Sequence record: NC_026927.1
DNA: 64,000 bases
Strand: one strand, 5' to 3'
Shown here: positions 20,301 to 29,670 of the stretch, piece after piece
Position numbering within the stretch: the first letter of the stretch is position 1
Layout: every line of letters starts with the position of its first letter
Program-made: the position numbers and the translations under genes
Notes under the pieces: model-generated
Seen by the model: the letters and a program-made list of their open reading frames with translations, nothing else
Database searches by the model: none
What the model was told of the DNA's origin: nothing

Positions 20301-23300
20301 AGTAAAGGTGTTCCTATGTTGGCTGGTGGAACTCTCCGTGCCTCGGACACCCTAGATTTTAGACCCAGAGTCGCCGCCTTTACCTCACTCAACTCCTCAC
20401 CATTTAACTACACTTCTCGTGACTTTGGTGACAATGGTAATACTGTTATCCTAGTTACCAAACCAAGTGAAAGTATGGTTCTAGGTTATAGTTACTTTGT
20501 TGGAAGAAGGGATCGTATTGTACTAGGATCTAATGGAAAATTCAGTGTAATTGAAGGTACACCCGCTGAGTTCCCAACATTACCCACAATTGGTGATGGT
20601 GTAATGGAACTCGCCCAAATAACTTATCCACCATACCTATACTACATCGAAGACGTTCAAATTATCGAGGTTGATAATAGACGATATACGATGAGAGATA
20701 TTGGTAAGTTGGAAGATCGTATTGAGAACTTAGAAGAAGTTACGTCACTTTCACTACTAGAAAGGGAAACAGAATCACTACAAGTTTTGGATGAAGATGG
20801 TAACGACAGATTTAAATCTGGTTTCTTTGCCGATGATTTCACGAATGCAGAATTTATTGATAATGATTATGAAGATACCAACATTGATGTTGAACCTGCA
20901 ACTTCTTCCCTAGTCACTAGACAGTTATTTTCCACCATTCCATTAAGAGCTCAACTATCAGAAAGTATTGATGAGAACATAGTTGATTTGAGTGATAACT
21001 TACCTCTAGTAGATACTAATCTACAAAAGACTGGTGATATAGTTACCCTATCATATGTTGAAGTTCCTTGGATTACACAACCACTATCTTCGAGAACAGA
21101 AAATGTTAACCCATTCAATGTTATTCTATTCAATGGTAGTATTACATTAAACCCAGCTTCTGATGATTTTGTTATTACTAGACAGATTCCAGGCAATACT
21201 CAAACTATTGATGTATTTGGTGATGGAAACAGTTCTAATTTCGATCAGACGTTTGTTGAGAGTGTAGAAACTGCTCAGTGGATGAGATCACGTAACATTG
21301 CTTTCCACGGTCGTGGAATCAAACCCTTCACTCAGTTCTATGCGTTCTTTGACGGAACTTCTGGTATTGATATTATCCCCAAACTTATTGAAATCACCAT
21401 GACTAACGGTGCTTTCTCCGTTGGGGAGAGGGTTGTTGGTACTACTGGAGGTAGAAGAATCTTTGCAGCTAGAGTAGCTACACCTAATCATAAGGAAGGT
21501 ACTTTCAATAGTCCAGATAGAACTTTTGAGACAAATCCATATAATAGGGACGCTCAGTTGGCGTCTTCATACTCAGCCTCGTCTACAGTTCTCAATATTG
21601 ATACCAACTCACTAGCAGATATCACTGACTCACGTTTCTTTGGTTATATCACACCAGGAACTAGATTAGTTGGTCAGTCTAGTGGAGCTATTGCTGATGT
21701 TACAGAAGTAAAATTAATCGCTGATACATTTGCTGAACTATATGGTGCTATTTGGTTGAGGGATCCATACGCATCCCCAACACCATCATTCAGACTTGCT
21801 ACCGGTGTTCGTACACTAAAACTAACCTCTAGTACAACTAACGCACAATCTACACTTGGTGGAACAACGATCTCCTTTGCAGAGTCTAACTTCCAATCTA
21901 GTGGTTTGGTTCAGAACAGGCAGACTGATACTACTGTGGTAACAGTTAGACCCCTACCACCACCACCCCCACCAATTATTATTGACCAAACAGTTACTAT
22001 TGTCAATAACAATACGACAGTTATCGATAATACTGTTACTCAAAATATCGATAATACTCAAACTATTATCCGAGAAGTGGAAGTTGACGATGACGACCCA
22101 TTGGCACAGACCTTTATGGTTGATGAGACCGGTGCGTTCCTAACCAGTATTGATCTGTTTATGGCTACTAAGTCTGAAACAGATAACTTAATTGTTCAGG
22201 TTAGAACTACTGAGTTGGCAACTCCAACCAACCTTCTTATTCAAGATTTTGCTGAGGTTGTTCTATCACCTGATCAAGTTAATGTATCAGAAGATGGGAC
22301 TGCGGTAACTAAAGTTACTTTCCCCTCTCCCATATATCTTGAGTCAGGTATAACATATGCCGTTGTACTACTTGCCCCAACTACTGACGAATACACTTCG
22401 TTTATTGCTGTTATGGGTGAGGAGAATCTCTCTGGTGAGATTGATCCTAACTTAGATCTAAACGCAACACTTCCAGAAGGATCTACTCAAAGTAACTCCA
22501 ATCTCCCAGGAACTGCTATTATTTCCCAGCAGTATCTCGGTGGATCACTCTTTAAGTCTCAGAATGGTACTATCTGGACACCAACTCAGTTTGAGGATCT
22601 TAAGTTCACTCTCAACAAAGCACAGTTTAACCAGACTCCAGGAACTCTATTCCTCAACAATCCACCACTAACTGAGACCGGAATTCTACCACCTGATCCA
22701 ATTGAAACACTACCTAGAAAACTCAAGGTATCTGTAAGTTCTAATACTTACAACTTCAGTGAAGGTGATATCATTTCTTCTGTTGGTTCAGGTGCTACCA
22801 ATACCGCGTTGGTAACTGGTGACCTAGAGACCCTAGGTGGTCCACTAGCAACACTCGATGTAACTGACCCTGGTGTTGGTTTCATTGATGGTTCCTACAG
22901 TAGTGTAACTGTATATCCAATTACCAGTTCTGGTTCAGGTGCTGAACTCAATGTTACCATTTCTGGTAATGTAATTACAGCAGCAACAGTAACTACTGGT
23001 GGTTCTGGTTATAGAGTTGGAGATACCATTGGTATTACAACCGCTGATGTTGGTGCCGCTGGTGGTGACTCTGTATTGACTCTCGATACCATTGGTGATA
23101 CAGATACACTATTCCTCACTAACGTACAAGGTGAGAAGATGGTTATAACAGAGAGTATTAAGGTATACGATACTGTTACTGAATCCCTAAGGACAACTGG
23201 TGTAGATATTACAACAGAATCTGAAGTTCTCAATCCAATGTATAATGGTAGTATCTTTGTTGCTAACATACCCAATCATGGTATGGAAGCAGACAACAAT

Positions 23301-24572
23301 GTGGTTAGTATCACAGATATCCAACCAGATACAATTGGTAGCCCACTAACACAGAGAGTTGATGTTTCCTCTAGTAGTTTGACAATTCAGGACTCTTCCT
23401 CATTCTCCACCTTTGAGGGTATTACTACCAGTATTGGTTATGCTCTAGTTGGTGGTGAGATTATTGAATACTCCAACAGTGGTAGTGGTACTATTGGTAT
23501 TACTTCTAGAGGTGTAGATAATAGTATTATTTCTACTCATAACGCTGGTGAGAGAGTATTCAAGTATGAACTCAGTGGTGTATCACTAAGGCGTATCAAT
23601 AGGGAACATTTGATTCCTAATGATAGTCTCTTAGGTAATACTAGAGAGATTAATAACTTACCCATACAGATTAGTAGAAGTCCAAGAGTATCTGGTAGAG
23701 ATCAATTGAGCTTCAATCAGGAACAGACCGCAGGTGGAGCATTTGGTAGATCCTCTCAAAACTATGAGTATACTAGAATCCTACCCAATCTAGCAGCCTT
23801 TGGTTTCGGTGATTCTACTAGTATTAGATCCGTAGCAAGAACCATATCAGGTACAAGTGCTGGTGGTTCTGAAGTATCTTTCCTAGATCAGGGAAGTATA
23901 CCTGTGAATCTAAACACCTGGAACACTTTCCCCAGTGTGAGGATGGTTGCTTCTCAGGTCAATGAGATTGAATATCTACAAGATCTTCCTAGACAGAAGT
24001 CGTTTACACTAGGGTTGACACTAACCAGTACAGATCCCAACCTCTCTCCAGTAGTTGATCTTCAACAGGTTAGTTTGATTACCTCTAGAAACTCCCTAAA
24101 CAAACCAATCACCAACTACGCAGATGATTCAAGAGTTAACTTACTAGTAGGTGATCCTCACGCTTCTATCTATGTTTCACAGGTGATCAACTTAGAAACA
24201 CCAGCTACCTCACTTGAGGTCATCATTAGTGCTTATCGTGATGTATCAGCTGACTTCCGTGTTCTCTATAGGTTGTATGGTCCCAACTCCAATAACTCCA
24301 CAGAACCAACTTGGGAGTTATTCCCTGGTTACACCAACATGCTAGATACTACTGGTGATGGTGTTGGTAATAGAATTATTGATCCTTCCAAGAACAATGG
24401 TTTACCAAATGCAAGAGTTAGGGATAGTAACATTGGTGAAGTTCTAGAGTATGGTTACCACGTAGATGAGTTATCTGAGTTTTCTGGTTTCCAACTTAAG
24501 ATTGTCTTTAGTGGAACCAATGAAGCAAGACCACCACTATTTACCGATATTAGAGCAATCGCGTTGGCTTAA
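17352..24572 (+). CDS. Large virion structural protein, VrlC-like / DUF4815 family (2406 aa)
   Basis: N-terminal PYFDDFDP...YYKVLFKPGFPVQARELTTLQSILQNQ, plus APGADRLKI, RYTMRDIGKLEDRIENLE and DPLAQTF motifs. Confidence 0.8.
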   Translation: MSQINLDTSPYFDDFDPSKDYYKVLFKPGFPVQARELTTLQSILQNQVSNFGKHLFKEGSMVIPGSITYNAKYESIVINKQQGGIDVSLYASRLVGKTIQGKTSGVTAKVINFLLPPNNGVTSPTIFVSYINSGSDAATTVFDNNEELISTSDIVYGNTTITAGTTFASTISTLSTAVGSAAQIRDGIYFIRGFFAQVRESVVILEPFSNTPSYRVGLQITEQVITAGQDNSLYDNAKGFNNFSAPGADRLKISTKLIKKPLDDYNDTNFVELLRVDNGEVKKIAENSDYNIIKDYLAQRTYEESGDYTLFGMGIKVAESLSDNLGNGGVYQFDQKTEQGGTPTDDLAVVKVSAGKAYVRGYDINNPGTVNLDINKPRTTENVEASSVPFEMGSKFFINNVTGTPVIGLDVNDNIVELYNGRVDGAGSSTGDLIGESRVYSYSLEDAPYTGPSTPWNLYLYDTQIFTKLTLNVDATGNILTSYKVRGLSSNATGYVRSVSTTEVVLTQVSGEFIRNEAISVNGKISSSLSVSLVDSYRNNDVRSISQASSSLDPNIEVDFSADTLQYSAIPTGFTASDSVTITTGGVVTCPGRIFDAFRVGDVIGYQKAGSEVITYNQVLSLNATNTSITVDAVANVAGVCDGTLPSSETRSGIRLYNSRLLNQEISQLYATLEERNISSVDLASSSLTFAKQINNLSTDASGVLTVNVSDLDVSGAVFEAFDQERYSIHYSNGTTQSLSSSQVTITSSTAEFTNLLPSQTTNVTLNCTAIKTGIKSKTKVLLRSQLLEVTKASSGISTVAQGLGQNDYYGLRVDDEEISLNVSDVTNIVAVYESLDDGTPTFDVLGFVNGLELDTRVAVGEQIKGDVSGAIARVVTVATPASVNIVYLTESTFEVGELVTFMESKIETNLQSITEGNYSNITNRFTLDKGQREQFYDYSRLVRNKNAKAPNKRILIIYDRFAVPVNDKGDFYTANSYSEEDFSKGVPMLAGGTLRASDTLDFRPRVAAFTSLNSSPFNYTSRDFGDNGNTVILVTKPSESMVLGYSYFVGRRDRIVLGSNGKFSVIEGTPAEFPTLPTIGDGVMELAQITYPPYLYYIEDVQIIEVDNRRYTMRDIGKLEDRIENLEEVTSLSLLERETESLQVLDEDGNDRFKSGFFADDFTNAEFIDNDYEDTNIDVEPATSSLVTRQLFSTIPLRAQLSESIDENIVDLSDNLPLVDTNLQKTGDIVTLSYVEVPWITQPLSSRTENVNPFNVILFNGSITLNPASDDFVITRQIPGNTQTIDVFGDGNSSNFDQTFVESVETAQWMRSRNIAFHGRGIKPFTQFYAFFDGTSGIDIIPKLIEITMTNGAFSVGERVVGTTGGRRIFAARVATPNHKEGTFNSPDRTFETNPYNRDAQLASSYSASSTVLNIDTNSLADITDSRFFGYITPGTRLVGQSSGAIADVTEVKLIADTFAELYGAIWLRDPYASPTPSFRLATGVRTLKLTSSTTNAQSTLGGTTISFAESNFQSSGLVQNRQTDTTVVTVRPLPPPPPPIIIDQTVTIVNNNTTVIDNTVTQNIDNTQTIIREVEVDDDDPLAQTFMVDETGAFLTSIDLFMATKSETDNLIVQVRTTELATPTNLLIQDFAEVVLSPDQVNVSEDGTAVTKVTFPSPIYLESGITYAVVLLAPTTDEYTSFIAVMGEENLSGEIDPNLDLNATLPEGSTQSNSNLPGTAIISQQYLGGSLFKSQNGTIWTPTQFEDLKFTLNKAQFNQTPGTLFLNNPPLTETGILPPDPIETLPRKLKVSVSSNTYNFSEGDIISSVGSGATNTALVTGDLETLGGPLATLDVTDPGVGFIDGSYSSVTVYPITSSGSGAELNVTISGNVITAATVTTGGSGYRVGDTIGITTADVGAAGGDSVLTLDTIGDTDTLFLTNVQGEKMVITESIKVYDTVTESLRTTGVDITTESEVLNPMYNGSIFVANIPNHGMEADNNVVSITDIQPDTIGSPLTQRVDVSSSSLTIQDSSSFSTFEGITTSIGYALVGGEIIEYSNSGSGTIGITSRGVDNSIISTHNAGERVFKYELSGVSLRRINREHLIPNDSLLGNTREINNLPIQISRSPRVSGRDQLSFNQEQTAGGAFGRSSQNYEYTRILPNLAAFGFGDSTSIRSVARTISGTSAGGSEVSFLDQGSIPVNLNTWNTFPSVRMVASQVNEIEYLQDLPRQKSFTLGLTLTSTDPNLSPVVDLQQVSLITSRNSLNKPITNYADDSRVNLLVGDPHASIYVSQVINLETPATSLEVIISAYRDVSADFRVLYRLYGPNSNNSTEPTWELFPGYTNMLDTTGDGVGNRIIDPSKNNGLPNARVRDSNIGEVLEYGYHVDELSEFSGFQLKIVFSGTNEARPPLFTDIRAIALA

Positions 24573-24796
24573 TGGGAAAGAAAAGGGTACAGGGTTACAA
24601 TAACCTTTATCGTAACGAATCCGGTGCTATCGTTAATACCGATACCACTGGTTATGTTGCATACAAAAAGAAAAGAGATTCCTCCAAACTGAAACAGGAT
24701 CAAATTGAATCCTTAGGAACTCAGTTAGAGGAAGCAAAGAATGAGATCAATGAGCTCAAGGATCTGGTCAAACAGATGATTAATAAGAACGTCTAA
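24572..24796 (+). CDS. Small coiled-coil hypothetical protein
   Basis: 74 aa; LYRNESGAIVNTD followed by a heptad-rich C-terminus; translationally coupled to the upstream gene. Confidence 0.65.
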   Translation: MGKKRVQGYNNLYRNESGAIVNTDTTGYVAYKKKRDSSKLKQDQIESLGTQLEEAKNEINELKDLVKQMINKNV

Positions 24797-24799
24797 ATA
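24793..24799 (+). promoter_or_regulatory. Late promoter-like motif CTAAATA
   Basis: Lies 25 nt upstream of the ATG at 24824. Confidence 0.5.
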
Positions 24800-24823
24800 T
24801 TAGAGTAATACTAGCTAATTCTC

Positions 24824-25357
24824 ATGGCAAGTGCCTACGTATCAAATATAACTATTGATCAGGGTGCTGACTTTTCTGCTTATTTCACATTAGATGATGC
24901 TGGAACCTCGGTTCCTATCAATCTAACTAGATTTACTGCATATGGGCAACTTAGGAAACATCCTACTGCCCCTTTTGGTGTGCAGTTTGATATTAAGATC
25001 GCTAAGCCAAAAACTGGCGAGATTATTATCTCATTGAACTCAGCACAGACCTCCGCTTTAGATGAGGGTCGTTATGTATATGATGTATATCTCAGAAGCA
25101 CCACGAACGCTAAAGTGTATCGTGTTGTGGAGGGAATGGCACTAGTTAACCCCGGTGTAACCGACATGCAAACTGGAATTATCCCACCATCATACCCACC
25201 CGTCGCTATCGGACCAACTCCACCCGCAGATCCCATCGAAGGGAATCTCTGGTGGAACTCTGAAGATGGGCGTATGTATATCTACTATATTGATAAAGAC
25301 TCAGCACAGTGGGTACAGACCAATCCAAGTAGTAAAGACACAGAGAGGACTAACTGA
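24824..25357 (+). CDS. Putative virion accessory protein (beta-sandwich plus tail-fibre-type motif)
   Basis: NITIDQGADFS...GRYVYDVYL...RVVEGMALVNPGVT domain followed by EGNLWWNSEDGRMYIYY, a motif I recall from cyanophage fibre proteins. Confidence 0.6.
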   Translation: MASAYVSNITIDQGADFSAYFTLDDAGTSVPINLTRFTAYGQLRKHPTAPFGVQFDIKIAKPKTGEIIISLNSAQTSALDEGRYVYDVYLRSTTNAKVYRVVEGMALVNPGVTDMQTGIIPPSYPPVAIGPTPPADPIEGNLWWNSEDGRMYIYYIDKDSAQWVQTNPSSKDTERTN

Positions 25358-25614
25358 TGGCAAACTTACTCGATCAAATCGGTCAGAGAAATGTTGTTAG
25401 GGTAGTATCCCAAGGTGTCCCAGCAACACTATCTGGACTTTCAGATACAGACTTTAGTGGTATTGGTACTGGAATGGTACCAGTATGGGATGGTGATGCT
25501 TTCACACCAATAGTAGGAGGTGCCAACCAAAGTGTCTCCAATATCATTCTAACGACAAACCCAGTCACACACGCAACTGCATGGACTGATACTATTGATG
25601 GTGGATTCTTCTAA
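25357..25614 (+). CDS. Hypothetical protein, probably structural
   Basis: 85 aa, coupled to both neighbours, ending IDGGFF. Confidence 0.55.
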   Translation: MANLLDQIGQRNVVRVVSQGVPATLSGLSDTDFSGIGTGMVPVWDGDAFTPIVGGANQSVSNIILTTNPVTHATAWTDTIDGGFF

Positions 25615-26507
25615 TGGCAAAACCTCACACACGACAAGAACTTGTCAATTATGGATTGAGGCAGTTGGGCGCTCCAGTTCTAGAGATTAATATTGCAGAT
25701 GAGCAAATTGATGATCTACTAGACGATACTATCCAACACTTCCAAGAAAGGCACTACGATGGTGTTGTTAGAACATATCTAAAGTATGAACTAACAAAAG
25801 AAGATATTGCACGCGGTGGTGACATCAATCCAATGGTGAATCCAGGTATCACTACAGTAGGACCAGTAACATATCCAAACCCACCCAAACAAGTAGAAGA
25901 CAGGTACATAGAGAACTCCAATTGGATTCATCTACCTGATTATGTTATCGGTGTTGAGAAGGTCTATGTACCCCGAGAAGCGACTGGTGGTGTAGGTGGA
26001 TATATAAACCTGATTGGTCCCGATGGGGGTCTTGGAGGAGGTTGTGGCGGTGGCGGACTCGGTGGTGGTGGTCTAGCCGGTATGGGTTATCTTGGTGGTG
26101 GAGATATAATTTCATATTTTATGGCTAAGCAATGGATGGCAACATATGACTATATGTTCAACCCAGACGCTGCTATTCGGTTCAATAAGAGAATGGATCG
26201 TCTATATCTTGACATCAACTGGCGTCGCCTAACAGCAGGTGAGCTTATTGTTGTTGATTGCTACAGAGCACTTGATCCTGAACAATTTGTAGAAGTCTAC
26301 AATGATAGTTGGGTGAAGAAGTGGTTTACTGCTCTATTGAAAAAGCAATGGGGTCAGAACCTAATGAAGTTCAAAGGAACTAGACTTGCTGGTGGCATTG
26401 AGATGAATGGTAGAGAAATCTACGATGAAGGTGTCAAAGAACTTGAGATCATTAAGAATGATATGTCTAGTCATTATGAACTTCCTCCATTGGATATGAT
26501 TGGTTAA
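25614..26507 (+). CDS. gp13: Neck protein gp13
   Basis: LRQLGAPVLEINIADEQIDD and LLKKQWGQNLMKFKG.RLAGGIEMNG motifs. Confidence 0.92.
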   Translation: MAKPHTRQELVNYGLRQLGAPVLEINIADEQIDDLLDDTIQHFQERHYDGVVRTYLKYELTKEDIARGGDINPMVNPGITTVGPVTYPNPPKQVEDRYIENSNWIHLPDYVIGVEKVYVPREATGGVGGYINLIGPDGGLGGGCGGGGLGGGGLAGMGYLGGGDIISYFMAKQWMATYDYMFNPDAAIRFNKRMDRLYLDINWRRLTAGELIVVDCYRALDPEQFVEVYNDSWVKKWFTALLKKQWGQNLMKFKGTRLAGGIEMNGREIYDEGVKELEIIKNDMSSHYELPPLDMIG

Positions 26508-26512
26508 GTAAA

Positions 26513-27991
26513 ATGGTTGTTAATCCCTTTTTCCTACATGGTTCCACTCAGGAACAAAACCTGATGCAGAATCTGGTCAATGAACAGATTCAAATGTACG
26601 GGATCGATGTATATTACATCCCTCGTACATTTATTAGGGATGCGACCATCATGCGGGAGGTCACTTCCTCTGCATTTCGATCATACTTTGTTCTAGAAGC
26701 ATACCTAGAGAACTTTGATGGATATGGTGGTCAAGGAGACCTCATGTCCAAGTTTGGTATTCAAGTCAAAGATGAAGTTACACTTACTATCTCTAGGGAT
26801 AGGTATGAGAATTATATTGCCCCATTCCTGAACTCCAGGATGTTGTATTTGATGGACTCACCCCAAGATGATGGGCAAATGATGACCATCCAGAGACCCA
26901 AGGAGGGGGATCTAATCTACTTCCCACTGGGTAGAAGACTATTTGAGATTAAGTTTGTAGAGCATGAGAAACCCTTCTATCAGTTAGGTAAGGGATATGT
27001 TTATGAACTTCAGTGCGAACTATTTGAGTATGAAGATGAAGTCCTCGATACAAGTGTCGATGAGATCGATAGTACTCTACTTAATAAGGGTTATATTACA
27101 ACTATTAACCTTGTCCCCGTTAGTAACAGAGCTGTTGTTACACCCAAAACTGGCACTGGATACATCACAGAACTAACTATCTTCAATGAGGGTAGTGGAT
27201 ATAAGTCACCACCTAGTATTGTTATTGATCCACCACAACTGGGAACAGATCCTAGTGTTGTTGCACTACTCACTAGACCAGATTCTAGTACCCCCGAACC
27301 TGCCATCAAACAGGTTGTAGTATTTAATAGTGGTTCTGGATATGTGGAACCACCTAGTGTTATTGCAGTTGGTGGTGAAGGAGAGGGTTCTATTATTAGA
27401 GCAGGTATCAATAGCCTATCTGATGGTATTATTGATTTTGTTGTATCTGAGAAGGGTGCTGGTTATCCAGAAGATGTGGATATCATTGTATATGATGATG
27501 ACAATAATATTGTGGCACAGGGTAAAGGGCTATCTGATGGTGATCAGATTGTATCTGCTATTATCACAAACCCAGGAAAAGACCTACCATCCAGTGTGAG
27601 GGCTATTGTGGCAAAACCAGCAGATGAGGGTGATGGTGTCTTTGTCTACAATGAGATTGTAGTGGGACAACAGTCCGGTATGAGAGCGAGAGTTCGTGGA
27701 TGGGATCAACCCAATTACCAACTACATATCACTAACTTAGATCCCACTCAGAAGTCTATTAACTTCCAAGCAGGTGAGACTATTGTTGGTGAAACCAGTG
27801 GTGCCAAGTATTCCCTCAAGAACTTTGTGGATACACAATCCAAAGCAGACTTCTACTCCGATAACGATAATATTGGAAATGAGGGTGAGGATATTGTCAA
27901 TACAGATGACGAATATAACCAATTCTTTGATACTAATAGGAACTACTTTAACCCTGATTTCAGTAACAACGATCCCTTCGGTGAACAGTAA
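26513..27991 (+). CDS. gp14: Neck protein gp14, extended cyanophage form
   Basis: EQIQMYGIDVYYIPR, RPKEGDLIYFP and FEIKFVEHEKPFYQLG motifs; ends NNDPFGE. Confidence 0.92.
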   Translation: MVVNPFFLHGSTQEQNLMQNLVNEQIQMYGIDVYYIPRTFIRDATIMREVTSSAFRSYFVLEAYLENFDGYGGQGDLMSKFGIQVKDEVTLTISRDRYENYIAPFLNSRMLYLMDSPQDDGQMMTIQRPKEGDLIYFPLGRRLFEIKFVEHEKPFYQLGKGYVYELQCELFEYEDEVLDTSVDEIDSTLLNKGYITTINLVPVSNRAVVTPKTGTGYITELTIFNEGSGYKSPPSIVIDPPQLGTDPSVVALLTRPDSSTPEPAIKQVVVFNSGSGYVEPPSVIAVGGEGEGSIIRAGINSLSDGIIDFVVSEKGAGYPEDVDIIVYDDDNNIVAQGKGLSDGDQIVSAIITNPGKDLPSSVRAIVAKPADEGDGVFVYNEIVVGQQSGMRARVRGWDQPNYQLHITNLDPTQKSINFQAGETIVGETSGAKYSLKNFVDTQSKADFYSDNDNIGNEGEDIVNTDDEYNQFFDTNRNYFNPDFSNNDPFGEQ

Positions 27992-27998
27992 CTAAATA
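27992..27998 (+). promoter_or_regulatory. Late promoter-like motif CTAAATA
   Basis: Lies in the gp14-gp15 gap. Confidence 0.55.
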
Positions 27999-28026
27999 AC
28001 TTATCTAGTTATTATCATTAATACCC

Positions 28027-28827
28027 GTGGGTGAATATTTTTATCATGAGATCATCAAGAGAACTGTTGTCGGTTTCGGCAATCTCTTCAATGGTCTTAC
28101 TATCCAAAAGGTAGACAAGAAGCAAAACGTCATTAACGTGATGAAGGTGCCTCTTGCATATGGTCCTACCCAGAAGTTTCTGGCAAAGATTACTCAGCAG
28201 GGTGAGTTAAACCAACCTACTGAGATTACTTTACCACGTATGTCTTTTGAGATGAACTCTCTTGCATATGACGGATCGCGGAAGACCGCACCCACTCAGA
28301 TGTTTAAGACACTAGATAACGGGGAGACACTTAAAAAGGTTTATCTTCCAGTTCCATATAATATTGGTTTTGAACTTAATATTATGACCAAGTTGAATGA
28401 GGATGCTCTACAACTTGTCGAACAAATTCTTCCATATTTCCAACCTTCCTTTAATATTACTGTCGATCTAGTTGATCAGATTGGTGAGAAGAGAGATATC
28501 CCTGTGGTACTCGACTCCATCAACTTCACTGACGACTATGAAGGAGACTTCACAGGTAGACGTATTCTAATCTATACTCTATCATTCACTGCCAAATCCT
28601 ACATGTTTGGACCTGTCAGTGAATCTGGGGATGGTCTTATTCGTAAGGTTCAGGTTGATTATCATACTTCAACCGAGAGGGATTCACCTCGTGAGGTTCG
28701 TTACACAGCCACACCAGACCCAGTTGATGCCGAACCCACTGATGACTTTGGGTTTAGTGAAGAAACTGTAGTATACTTTGATTCTAAAGTATACAGTCCA
28801 ACTCAAGGTGAGGATTACACTCCATGA
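28027..28827 (+). CDS. gp15: Tail sheath stabilizer / tail terminator gp15
   Basis: KVPLAYGPTQKFLA, LPRMSFEM and PVPYNIGFEL motifs; GTG start. Confidence 0.92.
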   Translation: MGEYFYHEIIKRTVVGFGNLFNGLTIQKVDKKQNVINVMKVPLAYGPTQKFLAKITQQGELNQPTEITLPRMSFEMNSLAYDGSRKTAPTQMFKTLDNGETLKKVYLPVPYNIGFELNIMTKLNEDALQLVEQILPYFQPSFNITVDLVDQIGEKRDIPVVLDSINFTDDYEGDFTGRRILIYTLSFTAKSYMFGPVSESGDGLIRKVQVDYHTSTERDSPREVRYTATPDPVDAEPTDDFGFSEETVVYFDSKVYSPTQGEDYTP

Positions 28828-29249
28828 GCTTTGAATCAATAGATGATGCACTGGATATTGAATCCAGTATTGTGAAAAAAGAAGAAGAGGTGGAGGTTAC
28901 TCCTACCAATTCTAAAGAGAAACCATCTACTCCCCAAACTGAACAAGATTACAACTATAGTAGGGGACAACTCTATTCTCTCATTGAGAAGGGACAAGAG
29001 GCGGTTAACAACGCATTAGAACTCGCCAACGAAGGTTCTAGTGCTAGATCATATGAGGTTGTTGGTGGTCTTATTAAGAATGTCGCAGACGTTACTGATA
29101 AACTACTAGATCTCCAAAAGAAGGTTAAGGATCTGGATGAAATTTCAGTTACTAATAACCAAACCAATGTAACCAACAATTCGGTATTCGTCGGATCAAC
29201 TACTGAACTCCAGAAGATGTTGAAAGAAGGATTGTTGAATAACGATTAA
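28824..29249 (+). CDS. gp16: Terminase small subunit gp16
   Basis: DYNYSRGQLYSLIEKGQEA, ARSYEVVGGLIKNVAD and NNSVFVGSTTELQKML motifs. Confidence 0.9.
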   Translation: MSFESIDDALDIESSIVKKEEEVEVTPTNSKEKPSTPQTEQDYNYSRGQLYSLIEKGQEAVNNALELANEGSSARSYEVVGGLIKNVADVTDKLLDLQKKVKDLDEISVTNNQTNVTNNSVFVGSTTELQKMLKEGLLNND

Positions 29250-29254
29250 CTACT

Positions 29255-29668
29255 ATGGCTTACGAAGAAGAAAATCAGTGTAACTCTACACCTGAGGGTG
29301 AAGATTGCCCTAAGCACAAGAAGAAGTGCTGCAATTCTGAGGAAAAGAAACGCAAAAAGGGGATGTACGGTCTCCAGGATGAGGATAGTGAAGGCGATGA
29401 GTCCTCACAAGAGAATGGTGGCATGCCTCAGGATAGTGCCAATGAGGAAAGACAACTTAACCCAGACACTGACCTGAAGGACATGTCCAGTGATAGTAAG
29501 AAGAGGGCTATGGATTCTTTCCGTGAAAGAAGTTCTGAAGCTAAGAAAAGAAAATCAGATAAAGATAAGAAGGATGAATTGGCAACTGAACGCATGACAA
29601 AGGGCATAAGGTTCTTTGACAAACAGGGTTCAGGTTATATTAAAAAAGGTAAAAAGAGTTACGACTAA
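29255..29668 (+). CDS. Charged hypothetical protein, possibly head-internal
   Basis: 137 aa, rich in K/E/D, with a Cys cluster at the N-terminus (CNSTPEGEDCPKHKKKCC) and a basic C-terminus (KGIRFFDKQGSGYIKKGKK). Confidence 0.55.
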   Translation: MAYEEENQCNSTPEGEDCPKHKKKCCNSEEKKRKKGMYGLQDEDSEGDESSQENGGMPQDSANEERQLNPDTDLKDMSSDSKKRAMDSFRERSSEAKKRKSDKDKKDELATERMTKGIRFFDKQGSGYIKKGKKSYD

Positions 29669-29670
29669 CC

